Below are positions 37,735-46,590 of a stretch of 54,959 nucleotides of DNA, one piece after another (position 1 is the stretch's first letter; each line of letters begins with the position of its first letter). The notes under the pieces were generated by a model that did no database searches, was not told the origin of the DNA, and saw only the letters and a program-made list of their open reading frames with translations. The stretch lies in the IMG/VR virus record IMGVR_UViG_3300032232_001103, positions 1-54,959 of that record; one strand, written 5' to 3'. The translations under genes were made by a program, and so were the position numbers. This stretch comes from a virus (lineage: Duplodnaviria; Caudoviricetes).

Positions 37735-38913
37735 TTATTCTTTAGGGGCTGCGGTGGGACGACCGCCTTGTGCTGGATTAACAGCACTGCCAGCAATATT
37801 AGCAGGAACGCGCAGGTCATCGTATCCTGAAATTGGTTCATATCGCAATTCTTTTCTAGCTTCGTTTGGTGTAATAATACCACCATTTACTAGTGTTTGA
37901 TGATACGTTGCAATATCTTTTAATTCTGGTTGTAGGGCGCTTACATTACTGGTAATTGCGTCCACATCGTATCCATAATAGCGCTCTAGTGCACTAACAA
38001 ATTTTCTAATTACCGGCATAATTGTTTCTAAGTAGAAAAGCCGCAAATTAGGTGAGATGTTAGCGTTATTACCGCCGTTTAGGAGAATAGGTGGAACACC
38101 AATTACTTGTAGTAATATATCGTTGTGAGTTTTAACTGCTTGATCAAAGTCTAAGTCTTTGTAGCTGTTATTGCTTATACTATGTGGTTTTAAACCGCTG
38201 TCTAAGATAACTGGGCGCTTACCGCCTAGTTTAGTACTATAACGTTGTAACCAATATTGAATAGTTTTTTCTTTAGCAACTTGTGACAGTGTATTATCGC
38301 TGGTAAGTACAAAACCAAAAGTAGCACCGTTTTCAAAAAACTGTGTTTGAAACTGGTACATACTATTAAGCAGGTCAATACTATGTTGTGCCGACTCTAG
38401 GCGACTGGCGCCACGATAAATACTCACCGAACTTAAGTCACGAAAGTGAAATACGTCTTTTTCCTCAAACTCGATATAACCGCTGTAGCGGTAACCACGA
38501 ATAAAGGTTTTGGTGTCAGTTAAGATTTCTGTGTACTGTGCTGGCAAGTGATACATAAATACACCATCAAAGTGTATAAACACGTTGCCTTCTAGTAACA
38601 AGTCAGTAAAAATAGCTTGACGAAATTCTTGTATGCTTTGGTAGGGGTTAGGCCTAAAGTTAAGCAAGTTAACTAACTGCTTTTGCCTGATACCACTAAC
38701 AACGCCTTCATTTAACTTATCTTTTACATCGTAGTCTAAGGAGCTTGCTGCTGAGACTACCATGTTTACACCGCGATTTACAACCTCTAGGTTTTTAAAT
38801 GCGTGTTGAAAAGTAAGTTTACTAGTCGAAGGGATATGTGTGCCCTCGCCTTGTGCAATTCTTTCTTGTGCAGGATTCAGTTTTTCACGAATCCAGTCTG
38901 TAAAACGACCCAT
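37735..38913 (-). CDS. Portal protein
   Basis: LLNFRPNPYQ, FFENGA, VPPILL, GGIITPNEAR motifs; ATG 38913 with AGGA RBS. Confidence 0.92.
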   Translation of the reverse strand: MGRFTDWIREKLNPAQERIAQGEGTHIPSTSKLTFQHAFKNLEVVNRGVNMVVSAASSLDYDVKDKLNEGVVSGIRQKQLVNLLNFRPNPYQSIQEFRQAIFTDLLLEGNVFIHFDGVFMYHLPAQYTEILTDTKTFIRGYRYSGYIEFEEKDVFHFRDLSSVSIYRGASRLESAQHSIDLLNSMYQFQTQFFENGATFGFVLTSDNTLSQVAKEKTIQYWLQRYSTKLGGKRPVILDSGLKPHSISNNSYKDLDFDQAVKTHNDILLQVIGVPPILLNGGNNANISPNLRLFYLETIMPVIRKFVSALERYYGYDVDAITSNVSALQPELKDIATYHQTLVNGGIITPNEARKELRYEPISGYDDLRVPANIAGSAVNPAQGGRPTAAPKE

Positions 38914-38921
38914 GTTTTTTC

Positions 38922-39353
38922 CTAACAAAATTCGCTAAAGAAACTTCCATAGCTTTGCTTAGGAACCACAGGACCGTTACCAGCAACTTTGTCACGCTGA
39001 ATTTCTATCCAACGCGCTTGTTTGGGTTCGCTGCCAGGCTGAGGAGTTTTACCGTACACACCATGAAGCGCTATATGATGCGGATTACATAGGGTGTAAA
39101 CCTGTTCATATAACTCACTATGATGTTCACTAATAAACTCATCCCTAACAGCTAAGATACCCTCATCAGTTGAAATATCATATGCCTTGCGACGAGCCCA
39201 GTTTTCTAGCAACAGGGTTACGCTATGCAAGTGATGTAATTCCAAGTCCTGACTTGTGTTGCAAATATAGCAATGATCTTGCTTTTCATAAGCCGACTTG
39301 GCTTTATCTCTAACGTGTTTAACGGGTATACGCTTGTTTGTGTTCTTTGCCAT
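38922..39353 (-). CDS. HNH-type endonuclease, T5 nicking-endonuclease-like
   Basis: K.VRD.AKS.Y, CYIC....LELHH, TLC..HH..LH.VYG; between portal and terminase as in T5. Confidence 0.75.
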   Translation of the reverse strand: MAKNTNKRIPVKHVRDKAKSAYEKQDHCYICNTSQDLELHHLHSVTLLLENWARRKAYDISTDEGILAVRDEFISEHHSELYEQVYTLCNPHHIALHGVYGKTPQPGSEPKQARWIEIQRDKVAGNGPVVPKQSYGSFFSEFC

Positions 39354-39794
39354 TTACTTTAGTGAGCTACGAAGCATCCACGAATGCTTTTTGTGTGCAT
39401 CCTGGCGATCTGCTAAAAAGTTCGACAAACCATGATCACCAAATTCTTCTGCTACCGCAAATAGTTGCTGAAACTTCATTGCCATGGTATCTGAATCCAT
39501 TAGCAGTTCCTGCAACATACTACGCCAGTCACCAGGCACATTCTCGTCTTGAATGTAAGTTAAGCGACTAAAAGCGCTTAAGCTAGCAGGTGTAGTAATT
39601 TGCAGTGCACGTAGTTCTTCTGCATAAGTGTCAATACTGCCGTAGACTTCTGTGTAAATGCGCTCAAATAATTCGTGTAGTTGACCGAATAGTTGGCCTT
39701 CAACATTCCAGTGAAAATTAGCAGACTTTAAGTAAAAGCTAAACTCACTGGCAAAAACGCGTTGTAGCTCTAGGTAGTATTCAGTTCGGTCCAT
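39354..39794 (-). CDS. dps: Dps/ferritin-like DNA protection protein
   Basis: FHWNVEG..F..LH.LFE.IY.....D..AE.LRAL and KHSWML signatures. Confidence 0.9.
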   Translation of the reverse strand: MDRTEYYLELQRVFASEFSFYLKSANFHWNVEGQLFGQLHELFERIYTEVYGSIDTYAEELRALQITTPASLSAFSRLTYIQDENVPGDWRSMLQELLMDSDTMAMKFQQLFAVAEEFGDHGLSNFLADRQDAHKKHSWMLRSSLK

Positions 39795-39827
39795 TGTTTA
39801 GCTCAGTAATTTTTTTATAATACAGGT

Positions 39828-39856
39828 ATTGTACACCAGAAGCATTAATTAGTCAA
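39828..39856 (-). promoter_or_regulatory. sigma70-type promoter upstream of dps and the head operon
   Basis: Minus strand TTGACT-17 bp-TACAAT, directly preceded by TG. Confidence 0.7.
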
Positions 39857-39873
39857 TATAAAATTTTTATGAC

Positions 39874-41163
39874 CTAGATAGTGTAAGTGTACAATGCATA
39901 GCGAATGGCATCGGCCATGTGTGAATATTTGTCGTGGATAGGGCGCTCACGCTGCAAGTTCTCACGATTATCCCAACGATACTGATCCATTACGTCTAAG
40001 ACGTTTGTACAGTGTGGCGCTACTTTTAGCCTGCCAGACTCCACCAATGTCTGCACATAGGCAATGCCTGGTAAGATGTCTTTTTTAGCTTTGGTGGTTG
40101 AGATGTTATAAGTATAGGCAAGGTCACCAGCAAATTGTGCTGCTGCCGAATCAATAAATACTACTTCTACGCCCCAACGATCTAAGTACTCGCGAAATGC
40201 TTCAGCATGTTTGTCTGTGGTAGCCTCACTTTTTAGGTACTCGTCTATGATATGAAATTGATCACTATAAGGATTATAACTGATAACCACAAAAGCAGTA
40301 GCGTCGCGATAGCCTGGATCGCAACCAGCAATGTATTCACATCCTTCTTGGTGTACATAGTCCGAAACTCCCACATCACGACTAAAATTATAGATCTGAC
40401 CCTCAAACACATTAAAGCTGGCTAAGTATTCTTGTTCAAATTCAGCTTTGCTCATCGACCGGCGTGCTTCTTGCACGTCCGACTCCGACATACGCGAATT
40501 TTCAGTATAGTCTGCAGTAATCGAGCACCACTCAGGAAAGTCTGGGCTGTAACCACGTTGGTAGAAACGGCTAAACCAGTTTTGCTGACCGCGGGGAGTG
40601 GAGATAAAAATAGCCTTTGAATTAGGTCTGTCTAGCGTAGGTCTGAGCTGCACATTAAATGCTGACTCACCATCATCGCCTAGTGCAGCCTCGTCAAATA
40701 GGATAATTTGGTAGCTGCGTCCAACTGTACTATCCACTGTGCTCAGCGAGCCCATGCGGATAGTCGAACCATTGCTCAACTCTACTACTTTGTCTTTTAA
40801 GTTATCACGTTCCACTTCTAGGTCAAAGTGTCTGATAAACTTACGCTGCAGTTCAAATGAGATGCTAGATAGGTTGTAGTTTGGTGAAATAATCAACACG
40901 TTGCATTTAGGGACTAGACTTACAAGTTGTGCAATAATATTAGCAATATAGGTTTTGCCTAATCGCCTGGCTAGTGCAGCGCATACAAAGCGGTACTTGG
41001 GATTGTTGATGGCGTTGATTAGTGCGATTTGGGGACGATTCATGGTGTCCCAAGCACCTAGCAGTTTCAAGTAGTTTTCAATAGGCAGTTTAATAAAACG
41101 GTCCTGTACAGGAAACTCTGTAATCTCGTCACGGTCTACATCATCACGCGAAATTTTAAGCAT
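39874..41163 (-). CDS. terL: Terminase large subunit
   Basis: ARRLGKT Walker A, ILFDEAA Walker B, FISTPRG, EFEQEY.A.F, DPGY.D and HMADAIRY nuclease motifs. Confidence 0.95.
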   Translation of the reverse strand: MLKISRDDVDRDEITEFPVQDRFIKLPIENYLKLLGAWDTMNRPQIALINAINNPKYRFVCAALARRLGKTYIANIIAQLVSLVPKCNVLIISPNYNLSSISFELQRKFIRHFDLEVERDNLKDKVVELSNGSTIRMGSLSTVDSTVGRSYQIILFDEAALGDDGESAFNVQLRPTLDRPNSKAIFISTPRGQQNWFSRFYQRGYSPDFPEWCSITADYTENSRMSESDVQEARRSMSKAEFEQEYLASFNVFEGQIYNFSRDVGVSDYVHQEGCEYIAGCDPGYRDATAFVVISYNPYSDQFHIIDEYLKSEATTDKHAEAFREYLDRWGVEVVFIDSAAAQFAGDLAYTYNISTTKAKKDILPGIAYVQTLVESGRLKVAPHCTNVLDVMDQYRWDNRENLQRERPIHDKYSHMADAIRYALYTYTI

Positions 41164-41645
41164 TACAATTTGTCTCCTAAGAGCCGGCTAATAAGGGCTC
41201 CGTACTTGGTACCGTCTCCGCCTTCATTGATTTGCACGTTTACTTGCGATTTAGGTCCTTGACGTTCCGACCGCAGTTTTTCTAACTGAATTTCGCGGTC
41301 TAGTAGTTCCATGCTCATTTTATGTGATAGTGCTAGTAATTCGGCAATGTCTTTGTTTGACCCAACGTCTGCCTCTTCCATTTCCTTGAACTTGCGTTTG
41401 AGCACAGCGTCCATTGCCGACCGCATCTTGAAACGATTGTTAAAGCCTAGGTCAAAGAATACTTGGTTGATATAGCTTTTAACTTCACGGCGACTTAAAA
41501 TCTGTGATACACTTTCAACTGGTAAACACAAATTATCTGCGACCGCTCTAGCGTCTTGGCACTGCAAGTAGCAATTAGCCACCTCTAATGCCTCTGGTGA
41601 AATTTCCAGCACCTCCGCGGGTGCTGTGGTTGGAGTCAGGTTCAT
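41163..41645 (-). CDS. terS: Terminase small subunit (T5-like)
   Basis: 160 aa directly upstream of terL; ISPE.L.VA..YL, REVK.YI...F.D.G.NNR, SNKDI..LL...HKM. Confidence 0.8.
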   Translation of the reverse strand: MNLTPTTAPAEVLEISPEALEVANCYLQCQDARAVADNLCLPVESVSQILSRREVKSYINQVFFDLGFNNRFKMRSAMDAVLKRKFKEMEEADVGSNKDIAELLALSHKMSMELLDREIQLEKLRSERQGPKSQVNVQINEGGDGTKYGALISRLLGDKL

Positions 41646-41962
41646 TTTCGTAACTTTTCTTCTAAGACACTAATACGTTCACGGTTAATGTGGATTTGAT
41701 CGCGATTAACTTGGATCTCCTTTTCAAGATCTTGACGTAGTTTTTCACGAGCTAATTCTGCTCCCGAATTACTAGCCTGCTTATTATCGCTGGTAACTAC
41801 TAGTGAAATTTTGCTGTTTAACACAGTAACATCATGTTGCAGGTTTTGCAGCGCACTCATTAAGTAGACTACGCAGGTGAATAAGAGGGGTAACAGTGCA
41901 AATGTAAGCTTTTCAATAAGTTGGCCCTTGGCATGGGCTTCTTCTAATTTCTGTTCGCTCAT
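41642..41962 (-). CDS. Membrane protein with TM helix and coiled coil
   Basis: LTFALLPLLFTCVVYLM hydrophobic segment; translationally coupled to its neighbours. Confidence 0.65.
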   Translation of the reverse strand: MSEQKLEEAHAKGQLIEKLTFALLPLLFTCVVYLMSALQNLQHDVTVLNSKISLVVTSDNKQASNSGAELAREKLRQDLEKEIQVNRDQIHINRERISVLEEKLRK

Positions 41963-42963
41963 TATATTCTACCTACTAAATTATACTTAAAAATATCCCA
42001 GCATTTTTCCCAAGACCAGCGATAGCTGGCTACCACTACTACGTGTCTAGGAATTGCTAGTGCACGAACCACGGCTAGTTTAAGATCTGGGCTAGTATAT
42101 CCGGTTCTGTCCAGCTCTATTACATCTTGTGGTCCACAAACTGGATAAGCTGCGACCGGAGTACCACACGCCATTGCTTCTAGCATTACAATACCAAAAG
42201 TATCCCAACGGCTGGTAAATACTAGGCAATCTGCTTGCTGGTAATAACTAGCTAAGTCTTTGCCGGTTTTCATACCCACAAACTCCACCTCAGGATACTT
42301 GTTTTGCAAATACTCTAGCTGCGGGCCACTACCTACTACAATCTTTTTAGCTCCTAGGTAGTCCAGCTTACAAAAGTCTTCGCAAGACTTTTCCACCGAC
42401 ACCCTGCCAACCCAGAGCAGTGTAGGATACGTAGTTTCACGACCCACTTCTAGTGGATAAAATTGTTGTCTGTCTACTCCGCGAGTCCAGGGAACTATAG
42501 TTCCAGAAAAGTCGTGCCTTTTAAGTTCGTCTACCATGCTAGTGGTAGTAGCTAATACCTTGCCCGAATGCTTGTGAAACCAACGCAAGTACTTGTACGT
42601 CCAGCTAGTGGGAATTTTATAGTACTTTTTAATAGCTTCTGGCAGTTTGGTATGGTAGCTAGTATTATACCGCCAACCATGTTTATCCATCCAACAACGT
42701 GCAGCTAAGCCCAATGGACCTTCAGTGGCAATGTGTACATAGTCGGGATTTACCCTTTCCAGTATTTCACCAATCCCACGAGGCCACGATAACCTAATAT
42801 CCCCATAGCCAGGAGCACCACAATTAGGGAACTGCCGGGGATCACAATATACAATATCGTAGCCGTGGCTATTTGCTTCGCGTTCCAAGTTGTGGAACGT
42901 TGTAACCACGCCGTTAATTTGCTGGGGCTCATTGTCTGTGACTACTAAGATTTTTTTATGCAT
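41962..42963 (-). CDS. agt: GT4-family glycosyltransferase, Agt-like diacylglycerol glycosyltransferase
   Basis: QINGVV, HIATEGPLGLAAR, TSYHT..PE, WTRGVD, VGRVS.EK, DTFGIV.LEAMACGTPVAA; in the same operon as the PlcP-like gene. Confidence 0.75.
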   Translation of the reverse strand: MHKKILVVTDNEPQQINGVVTTFHNLEREANSHGYDIVYCDPRQFPNCGAPGYGDIRLSWPRGIGEILERVNPDYVHIATEGPLGLAARCWMDKHGWRYNTSYHTKLPEAIKKYYKIPTSWTYKYLRWFHKHSGKVLATTTSMVDELKRHDFSGTIVPWTRGVDRQQFYPLEVGRETTYPTLLWVGRVSVEKSCEDFCKLDYLGAKKIVVGSGPQLEYLQNKYPEVEFVGMKTGKDLASYYQQADCLVFTSRWDTFGIVMLEAMACGTPVAAYPVCGPQDVIELDRTGYTSPDLKLAVVRALAIPRHVVVVASYRWSWEKCWDIFKYNLVGRI

Positions 42964-43118
42964 TGTGAAACTACCTTAAATTGTGGAAACTTAAGCTGCC
43001 AGTCTATAGTACGTTGTGCGGTTATACACTCCGCTTGTGTTTCAAATTCTAAGGTTACACGGCCTGGCACATCCTTAGGGTCCTGTTGGTGTACTGCTAG
43101 GATTATTAACAACCACAT
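42945..43118 (-). CDS. Small hypothetical protein with hydrophobic N-terminus and two Cys
   Basis: MWLLIILAVH...C...C, GGAGG RBS; bridges the plcP-like and agt-like genes with overlaps. Confidence 0.55.
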   Translation of the reverse strand: MWLLIILAVHQQDPKDVPGRVTLEFETQAECITAQRTIDWQLKFPQFKVVSQCIKKS

Positions 43119-43863
43119 CTTTAGGCCTCCAAGTAACAATTTCCCATGTACCGTTTAAATTTTCTACTAGTGCAGTACACGACTCTACCCAATCACCACT
43201 ATTCATGTAACCTACCTCGCCTACCGTTTTAATCTCAGCTTGATGAATGTGTCCACAGATTACGCCAAAAAACTTACGTTTTTCAGCATATTTGGTAATA
43301 GTCTGCTCAAACTTAAATACAAAGTCTACTGCGCGTTTTACCCTGGACTTTAACCACTGCGATAGACTCCAGTAACCAAAGCCTAGTCTATGGCGTAACT
43401 GGTTAAATTGAGTGTTTAAACCTAGAACGAAATCATAGGCACTGTCGCCTAGCCAAGCTAACCAAGGTGCTAGTCTGGTAATACCGTCAAACATATCGCC
43501 GTGTGTAACTAACCAGCGGCGGTTGTTGAGGTCTACGTACTCGCATTGGTTTACTACTTCAATTCTACCAAATTTAAGTCCATAGCTAATTAGTGGCCGT
43601 AGAAATTCATCGTGATTGCCCGCCACGTAAACTACTCTAGTCTTTTCACGATTAGCTTTGGCTAAGACATGACGGACTACATTGGTATGTTGATTAGTCC
43701 AGCGCAGTTTATTTTGCTTGACTTTCCAACCGTCAATAATATCGCCTACTAAGTACAATTCATCACAGGTGTTAGACTTTAAAAATTGGCTTAAGTACTC
43801 AGCTTTACTAGCCTTGGTACCTAAGTGCACGTCCGAAATAAATACGGCGCGGTAGTGTGCCAT
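43075..43863 (-). CDS. plcP: Metallophosphoesterase, PlcP-like phospholipase C (often annotated UDP-2,3-diacylglucosamine hydrolase)
   Basis: FISDVHLG, LVGDIIDGW, GNHDE, HGD.FD, WLA.LGD.AY, GYWSLS, CGHIH, GDWVESCTALVE. Confidence 0.75.
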   Translation of the reverse strand: MAHYRAVFISDVHLGTKASKAEYLSQFLKSNTCDELYLVGDIIDGWKVKQNKLRWTNQHTNVVRHVLAKANREKTRVVYVAGNHDEFLRPLISYGLKFGRIEVVNQCEYVDLNNRRWLVTHGDMFDGITRLAPWLAWLGDSAYDFVLGLNTQFNQLRHRLGFGYWSLSQWLKSRVKRAVDFVFKFEQTITKYAEKRKFFGVICGHIHQAEIKTVGEVGYMNSGDWVESCTALVENLNGTWEIVTWRPKDVVVNNPSSTPTGP

Positions 43864-44015
43864 TATTTGTCACGTTTGTTGTAAAGATCAAATAAACTTT
43901 TTACTTTATCTTCTAAAACTCCTAAACGCATATCTGCTTTGGCAAAAAGCACTACAATCATAATAAAGGCCACAAATACTGGCCAAGCTTTTAACATTAA
44001 CTCGATAATTTCCAT
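43863..44015 (-). CDS. Small membrane protein (50 aa; not in the ORF track)
   Basis: MEIIELMLKAWPVFVAFIMIVVLFAKADMRLGVLEDKVKSLFDLYNKRDK; GGAGG RBS; TAATG coupling to plcP. Confidence 0.75.
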   Translation of the reverse strand: MEIIELMLKAWPVFVAFIMIVVLFAKADMRLGVLEDKVKSLFDLYNKRDK

Positions 44016-44036
44016 GGTCGACCTCCAGTTCACTAG

Positions 44037-44065
44037 AGTATAACACTTTAGGGCTGTAATGTCAA
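44037..44065 (-). promoter_or_regulatory. sigma70 promoter heading the leftward late operon
   Basis: Minus strand TTGACA-17 bp-TATACT with TG extension. Confidence 0.75.
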
Positions 44066-44100
44066 GTTGCGAATATTTTTTGGTGTCCCAAAAAATTTTC

Positions 44101-44129
44101 TTGAATTTGTTTAGTTTTAGTGATATAAT
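44101..44129 (+). promoter_or_regulatory. sigma70 promoter (divergent)
   Basis: TTGAAT-17 bp-TATAAT. Confidence 0.65.
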
Positions 44130-44148
44130 ATATGTTTTGGAGAAAGTT

Positions 44149-44298
44149 ATGTGGCGGCTGTGGGCAAAAGCATTAGGTGATAAGTATGGTTTAACGGATC
44201 GTGAGGCTGATGCGGTTTGTTGGATTAGAACTCTTATCGTGTTATCGTATTTGGTAACAAATGTGGTAATTGTGTTGGGTGTGGTGCATCACTGGTAG
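44149..44298 (+). CDS. Small membrane protein (49 aa)
   Basis: MWRLWAKALG.K.G..DREAD....IRT + TM helix; GGAG RBS; true start is downstream of the ORF-track start. Confidence 0.7.
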   Translation: MWRLWAKALGDKYGLTDREADAVCWIRTLIVLSYLVTNVVIVLGVVHHW

Positions 44299-44495
44299 CT
44301 GGCTTTGGCTTTGGCTTTGGCACCGAAAGTTTTGTGGAAAAAATTATAATGTTGGCCGTGTGGCGGGGTCCATATAGTTATATTTATTATAATGTCAACT
44401 AACCCCCTATCACAATTTTTTGGGCCGCGTCAACCCCTGGTGCAAAAATACAACATAGGGATATACCCTGCGACAAAATGTCGCGGAATTTGCGC

Positions 44496-44524
44496 TTGCA
44501 TTGTGTGCTTGACTAGCCTATAAT
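44496..44524 (+). promoter_or_regulatory. Pre-early sigma70 promoter
   Basis: TTGCAT-17 bp-TATAAT upstream of AAGGAG RBS and 44560 ATG. Confidence 0.75.
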
Positions 44525-44559
44525 TACTACATCGAAACAGCACTCACAAGGAGAGCGCA

Positions 44560-44886
44560 ATGGCAGAAAAAGCCGTAAACTATAGCCCTGAGCAAACCGC
44601 TCAGGTAATCGCGGATTATACCGCTGGTGTCAGCGTGGAAAGCATTGCATTGGCAATGGGTAAATCCGTTCGCTCAATCGTTGCTAAACTGTCACGCGAA
44701 GGCGTGTATCAGAAAAAAGCATACAAAACCAAAACGGGTGAACCCGTTGTAAAGAAGGATGCCCATGCCGATGCAATCGGCGCAATCCTTCGCTTGCCTG
44801 AGAACGATATCGAATCGTTGACTAAGGCTAATAAGAGCGCGCTTAAGGCGATCTTTGAAGCATTGGCTAATTCCAAGCCGATTTAA
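44560..44886 (+). CDS. A2: T5 A2/D3-family small DNA-binding protein, paralog 1
   Basis: NY..EQT, KSVRSI.AKLSREGVY.K, IESL.KA.K..L pattern recalled from T5 A2/D3; pre-early context. Confidence 0.65.
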   Translation: MAEKAVNYSPEQTAQVIADYTAGVSVESIALAMGKSVRSIVAKLSREGVYQKKAYKTKTGEPVVKKDAHADAIGAILRLPENDIESLTKANKSALKAIFEALANSKPI

Positions 44887-44910
44887 ATAAAGGGCGAAAG
44901 CCCTTTATTT
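44885..44910. terminator. Intrinsic terminator
   Basis: AAATAAAGGGC-GAAA-GCCCTTTATTT perfect hairpin. Confidence 0.85.
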
Positions 44911-45064
44911 ATCTTATAACGACCCGCGGTGTTGCGAAAAAACAACAGCGCGGGCGCCAAAATTATAGCATATAATTTTGGGCCGTGTCAAGGCCGCGTG
45001 CAAAAATACAACACTAGGGAAAACCCCTAGGCTTGGCCGCCGAATCCTATGCTATACTAACGTC

Positions 45065-45427
45065 ATGAATAAAGCACAACTCACCCAAGCACTGCAAGCC
45101 CGCCTCGATGAGGTATGGGGTATCTATTGCGACATTAATATTCAATTAATTCGCTTTGCTAAACCCACTATTGAATTAAACGGCAGACTTAGTAAAACGG
45201 CTGGACGCTGTTTTATGCAAGCCAATCATATTGATATTGGCACTAAGTTTTTAATCGCGCACTATGATCAGATCATGACGGAAACTGTACCGCATGAAAT
45301 CGCGCATCAAATTGACTATAACCTTAACGGCAATCCTGCCGGTAATCGTTGGCATGGCCCATCATGGCAACGCATTATGCGTCAATTGGGCGTTAATCCC
45401 GAAACTTATCACGATATGGTGGTTTGA
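45065..45427 (+). CDS. SprT-like zinc metalloprotease
   Basis: RL..TAGR, VPHEIAH, HGPSWQ.IM..LG; start at ATG 45065. Confidence 0.85.
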   Translation: MNKAQLTQALQARLDEVWGIYCDINIQLIRFAKPTIELNGRLSKTAGRCFMQANHIDIGTKFLIAHYDQIMTETVPHEIAHQIDYNLNGNPAGNRWHGPSWQRIMRQLGVNPETYHDMVV

Positions 45428-45634
45428 ATGTTAGCATGGATTGGCACAATTGCCAGCATAGCCGGATCTTTCCTTGTTGCATTAGGCGTAATGAATTGGG
45501 GATATATATGCTTTATTACCGGCACAATATCTTGGCTAATAATTGCAATAGCGCGCAGGGATAGGGCATTAGGCGTATTAAATGGGGCATTCTTAATTGC
45601 CAATGTAATTGGCATTGTTCGTTATGTAATTTAA
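45428..45634 (+). CDS. Small integral membrane protein (~3 TM)
   Basis: 68 aa, almost entirely hydrophobic; WIGT..SI.GSFLVA. Confidence 0.7.
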   Translation: MLAWIGTIASIAGSFLVALGVMNWGYICFITGTISWLIIAIARRDRALGVLNGAFLIANVIGIVRYVI

Positions 45635-45820
45635 TATGGCCAGGTGTTGTATTTTTACAACACGCTGGCGCCAAATTATAGCATATAATTTGGGCCCGTG
45701 TCAACCCCCTGGGCGAAAATACCACACTAGGGGAAACCCTGCGACAACGTGTCGCACCTTGGGCACTTGCACAATCTACAAAACCCTGTATAATACTCTA
45801 CATGAACCGGAGCGAGACAA

Positions 45821-45991
45821 ATGGCAACTAAACTACACTTGGTGTTGGCAATGAAAAAAGCCAGCAAACCCGATGCTAGGGCACATAAGCCCTTGTTTGT
45901 GAATAGCCCATTTAAGCCACAGGTTATTCCCAATAAAAAGAAAATGAAATTGGCTAAACTGTTTAATGGTTGGGGATTTGGCGATGAATAA
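45821..45991 (+). CDS. Small basic protein (56 aa; not in the ORF track)
   Basis: MATKLHLVLAMKKASKPDARAHKPLFVNSPFKPQVIPNKKKMKLAKLFNGWGFGDE; GGAG RBS; promoter TTGCAC-16-TATAAT at 45767-45794. Confidence 0.65.
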   Translation: MATKLHLVLAMKKASKPDARAHKPLFVNSPFKPQVIPNKKKMKLAKLFNGWGFGDE

Positions 45992-46181
45992 ATTCAAATT
46001 GATTGAGGAAGCGGCAAAATTCGAAACGTCGCAATTAAAACGCGATGAATTGATTTATTTTGTAGAATCTGTTAAAATGTACGAAATGATGGAATTAGAT
46101 TATGAGGCTTTAGTAACGCGGATTAACCGTACTGCTAAACACTTGTTGGATGTTAAACAATTTTTTAATGAAGGGGAATAA
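45984..46181 (+). CDS. Hypothetical protein
   Basis: MNKFKLIEE..., GGGA RBS, coupled to the upstream ORF. Confidence 0.6.
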   Translation: MNKFKLIEEAAKFETSQLKRDELIYFVESVKMYEMMELDYEALVTRINRTAKHLLDVKQFFNEGE

Positions 46182-46182
46182 T

Positions 46183-46365
46183 ATGATGTACATGGCAAAA
46201 TCCATTAATGACGATACCATTACCTCAATGGGCGAAAGCGTTCAAGAAGTTTGGGAGGATTTGCAATTCGGTTTTGAATTGACTGATGCAGATTTTGATG
46301 ATTTGCAATGGTTTGAAGTTGAACCAATTAAGGTAACTCGCAAATTGGAATTCGTTATTGAATAA
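46183..46365 (+). CDS. Small acidic hypothetical protein
   Basis: MMYMAKSINDD..., AAGGGG RBS. Confidence 0.65.
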   Translation: MMYMAKSINDDTITSMGESVQEVWEDLQFGFELTDADFDDLQWFEVEPIKVTRKLEFVIE

Positions 46366-46590
46366 ATAACAAGCCAGGGTGTTGTAAATTTACAACACCC
46401 GTGGCGCCAATTTTACCAGTAAAATTGGGCCCGTGTCAAGCAAAATTTGAAAAATTTTTGTTGTATTTATACAACGCTTGACGCGCCAAAATTATACACC
46501 AGCCTGGGCCGGTTGTCAATAGGGGAAAACCCCTATGTTGTATTTTTACAAATTTGCGCACAACCCGATTTTTCGTGTATAATTCTCTAC

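Noticed and set aside
43075-43863. LpxH (lipid A biosynthesis) assignment
   Set aside because: Has GNHD rather than GNRD, carries PlcP-type motifs and neighbours an Agt-like GT4
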